DNA of 18,619 nucleotides from Elainellaceae cyanobacterium (GTDB lineage Bacteria; Cyanobacteriota; Cyanobacteriia; CAZCXK01): NCBI GenBank assembly GCA_051117555.1, contig JBNPEG010000085.1, positions 1 to 18,619 of the forward strand, read 5' to 3'. Shown piece by piece: positions 17,833 to 18,619 of this stretch (position 1 is its first letter; each line of letters starts with the position of its first letter). The notes under the pieces were generated by a model. It saw only the letters and a program-made list of their open reading frames with translations, ran no database searches and was not told where the DNA came from. The position numbers and the translations under genes were made by a program.

Positions 17833-18087
17833 ATGAATCGCATCATTTTAACCAGTCTATCGATCGCTGCGTTGACAACGTCTCTAGCTATTCCCGCTCA
17901 CGCAAGTACTTTACAACTTTCGGAGCGTCAGCGTGATGAATTTTTGGGGGGTCAAGGCAATCACCTTTCAGAGCGTCAGCGCGATGAATTCATTAGCGGC
18001 CAAGGCAATAAGCTCTCTGACCGTCAGCGTGATGAATTCACCGGGGGCAAGGCAATCAGTAATATCTATCTGATTTCTTGTTCCTAA
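17833..18087 (+). CDS. Small secreted protein with three 16-aa tandem repeats (third repeat apparently frameshifted)
   Basis: RBS AAGGAG 9 nt before ATG. Sec signal MNRIILTSLSIAALTTSLAIPAHA. Repeats LSERQRDEFLGGQGNH, LSERQRDEFISGQGNK and LSDRQRDEFTGG. Confidence 0.8.
   Translation: MNRIILTSLSIAALTTSLAIPAHASTLQLSERQRDEFLGGQGNHLSERQRDEFISGQGNKLSDRQRDEFTGGKAISNIYLISCS
17917..18059 (+). repeat. 48-bp coding tandem repeat x3 (48+48+47 bp)
   Basis: Units start at 17917, 17965 and 18013. In the conserved LS[ED]RQRDEF part the differences are at third codon positions. Confidence 0.9.
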
Positions 18088-18107
18088 TCAGCTAAATTCT
18101 CGCCTAA

Positions 18108-18303
18108 TATAGCCGTACTGGTGTGACATGCCTGAAATAGTGTGAATTCTTAAAAGGCTGAAGCTCTTGAACCCGGTGCGTTACGCTGCGCTAACGACAC
18201 CCTACCTAATGCACAATTTTAGCTGTGCCACGCCAGTACGCTCTCGCGTTAGGACGTTGAACGTGTGCGAGCCCCCGCGCCGCGGGGACTCACCACACAA
18301 ACT
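18108..18303. mobile_element. Second copy of the 262-357 MITE, interrupted by an insertion and lacking a recognisable right end
   Basis: TATAGCCGTA (18108-18117) resumes at 18239 as CGCTCTCGCGTTAGGACGTTGAACGT..., colinear with 262-335. Confidence 0.8.
18118..18236. mobile_element. 119-bp MITE with TA target-site duplication, carrying a GTAG-type REP palindrome
   Basis: TA-[CTGGTGTGACA...TGTGCCACGCCAG]-TA with imperfect TIRs. Internal minus-strand GTAGGGTGTCGTTAGCGCAGCGTAACGCACC (18205-18175). Confidence 0.8.
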
Positions 18304-18451
18304 ATCAAGTGATTTCCCAATCATTGACTACAACCAGTTTGAGCCGTTAGGTGAAGTGCAAGTATGTATTGGCTGACGTAGATTGAATACGACTGGAGTG
18401 ATAGTTGAACCCAACCCCTCATTCAGGGGTTGCTAATCGTTCTAAATCGAG

Positions 18452-18537
18452 TAAGTAGGTGGGCGGAATCAAATGTAGGATGGGTTAGCGACAGCGTAAC
18501 CCATGCGGGCGTTGGGTTTCGTACCTCAACCCAACCT
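18452..18537. mobile_element. MITE left end (TAAGTAGGTGGG) followed by an inverted pair of REP-like palindromes
   Basis: TAAGTAGGTGGGCGGAATCAAAT, then GTAGGATGGGTTAGCGACAGCGTAACCCAT (18475-18504), then the oppositely oriented GTTGGGTTTCGTACCTCAACCCAACCT (18511-18537). Confidence 0.7.
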
Positions 18538-18619
18538 TGTATATAAGCGGTACGCCCCTCGGATTTATCCTAAAAGCATATCGCTGAGGGGAGGACTCCG
18601 AACCCAACCTCAAGCCTCC

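Noticed and set aside
17917..18059. 48-bp periodic repeats as a possible CRISPR array
   Set aside because: There are no unique spacers, the period is a multiple of 3 with synonymous variation, and no cas genes are present. It is a coding repeat.
262..18303. The two TATAGCC-type copies (or the two TAAGTAGGTGGG ends) as boundaries of an 18-kb composite transposon or island
   Set aside because: The interior holds ordinary HIP1-rich chromosomal genes with no transposase or integrase. The TATAGCC copies are diverged, and the TAAGTAGGTGGG ends face outward rather than enclosing the region.
18167..18376. 69-aa plus-strand ORF
   Set aside because: It is largely a translation of REP/MITE sequence.

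Overview
Cyanobacterial chromosomal window of roughly 50% GC, with about 28 HIP1 GCGATCGC octamers by manual count. From left to right it holds: MITE/IS-end debris and an orphan terminator; a DUF2949-type small protein; a PEP-CTERM surface protein; a MacAB/FtsX-type ABC exporter trio followed by fumC and a GNAT; a minus-strand rbp-rpsU-pentapeptide-hypothetical cluster with a classical cold-regulated rbp leader; a divergent pentapeptide gene, lepB and a site-2 protease/CBS gene; an E. coli/Vibrio-like nagBA pair; an MscS channel gene with an apparently damaged 5' end; a leishmanolysin-like (M8) metalloprotease; and a pile-up of nested MITE/REP elements at the right end. The best novelty candidate is a small Sec-signal-bearing protein (17833-18087) whose mature part is almost entirely three copies of a 16-aa unit (LS[ED]RQRDEFxxGQGNx). 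It has an 11-bp direct-repeat operator-like site upstream and is divergent from the metalloprotease, so it may be a multi-core secreted peptide precursor. All calls come from reading motifs by eye; no database searches were run.
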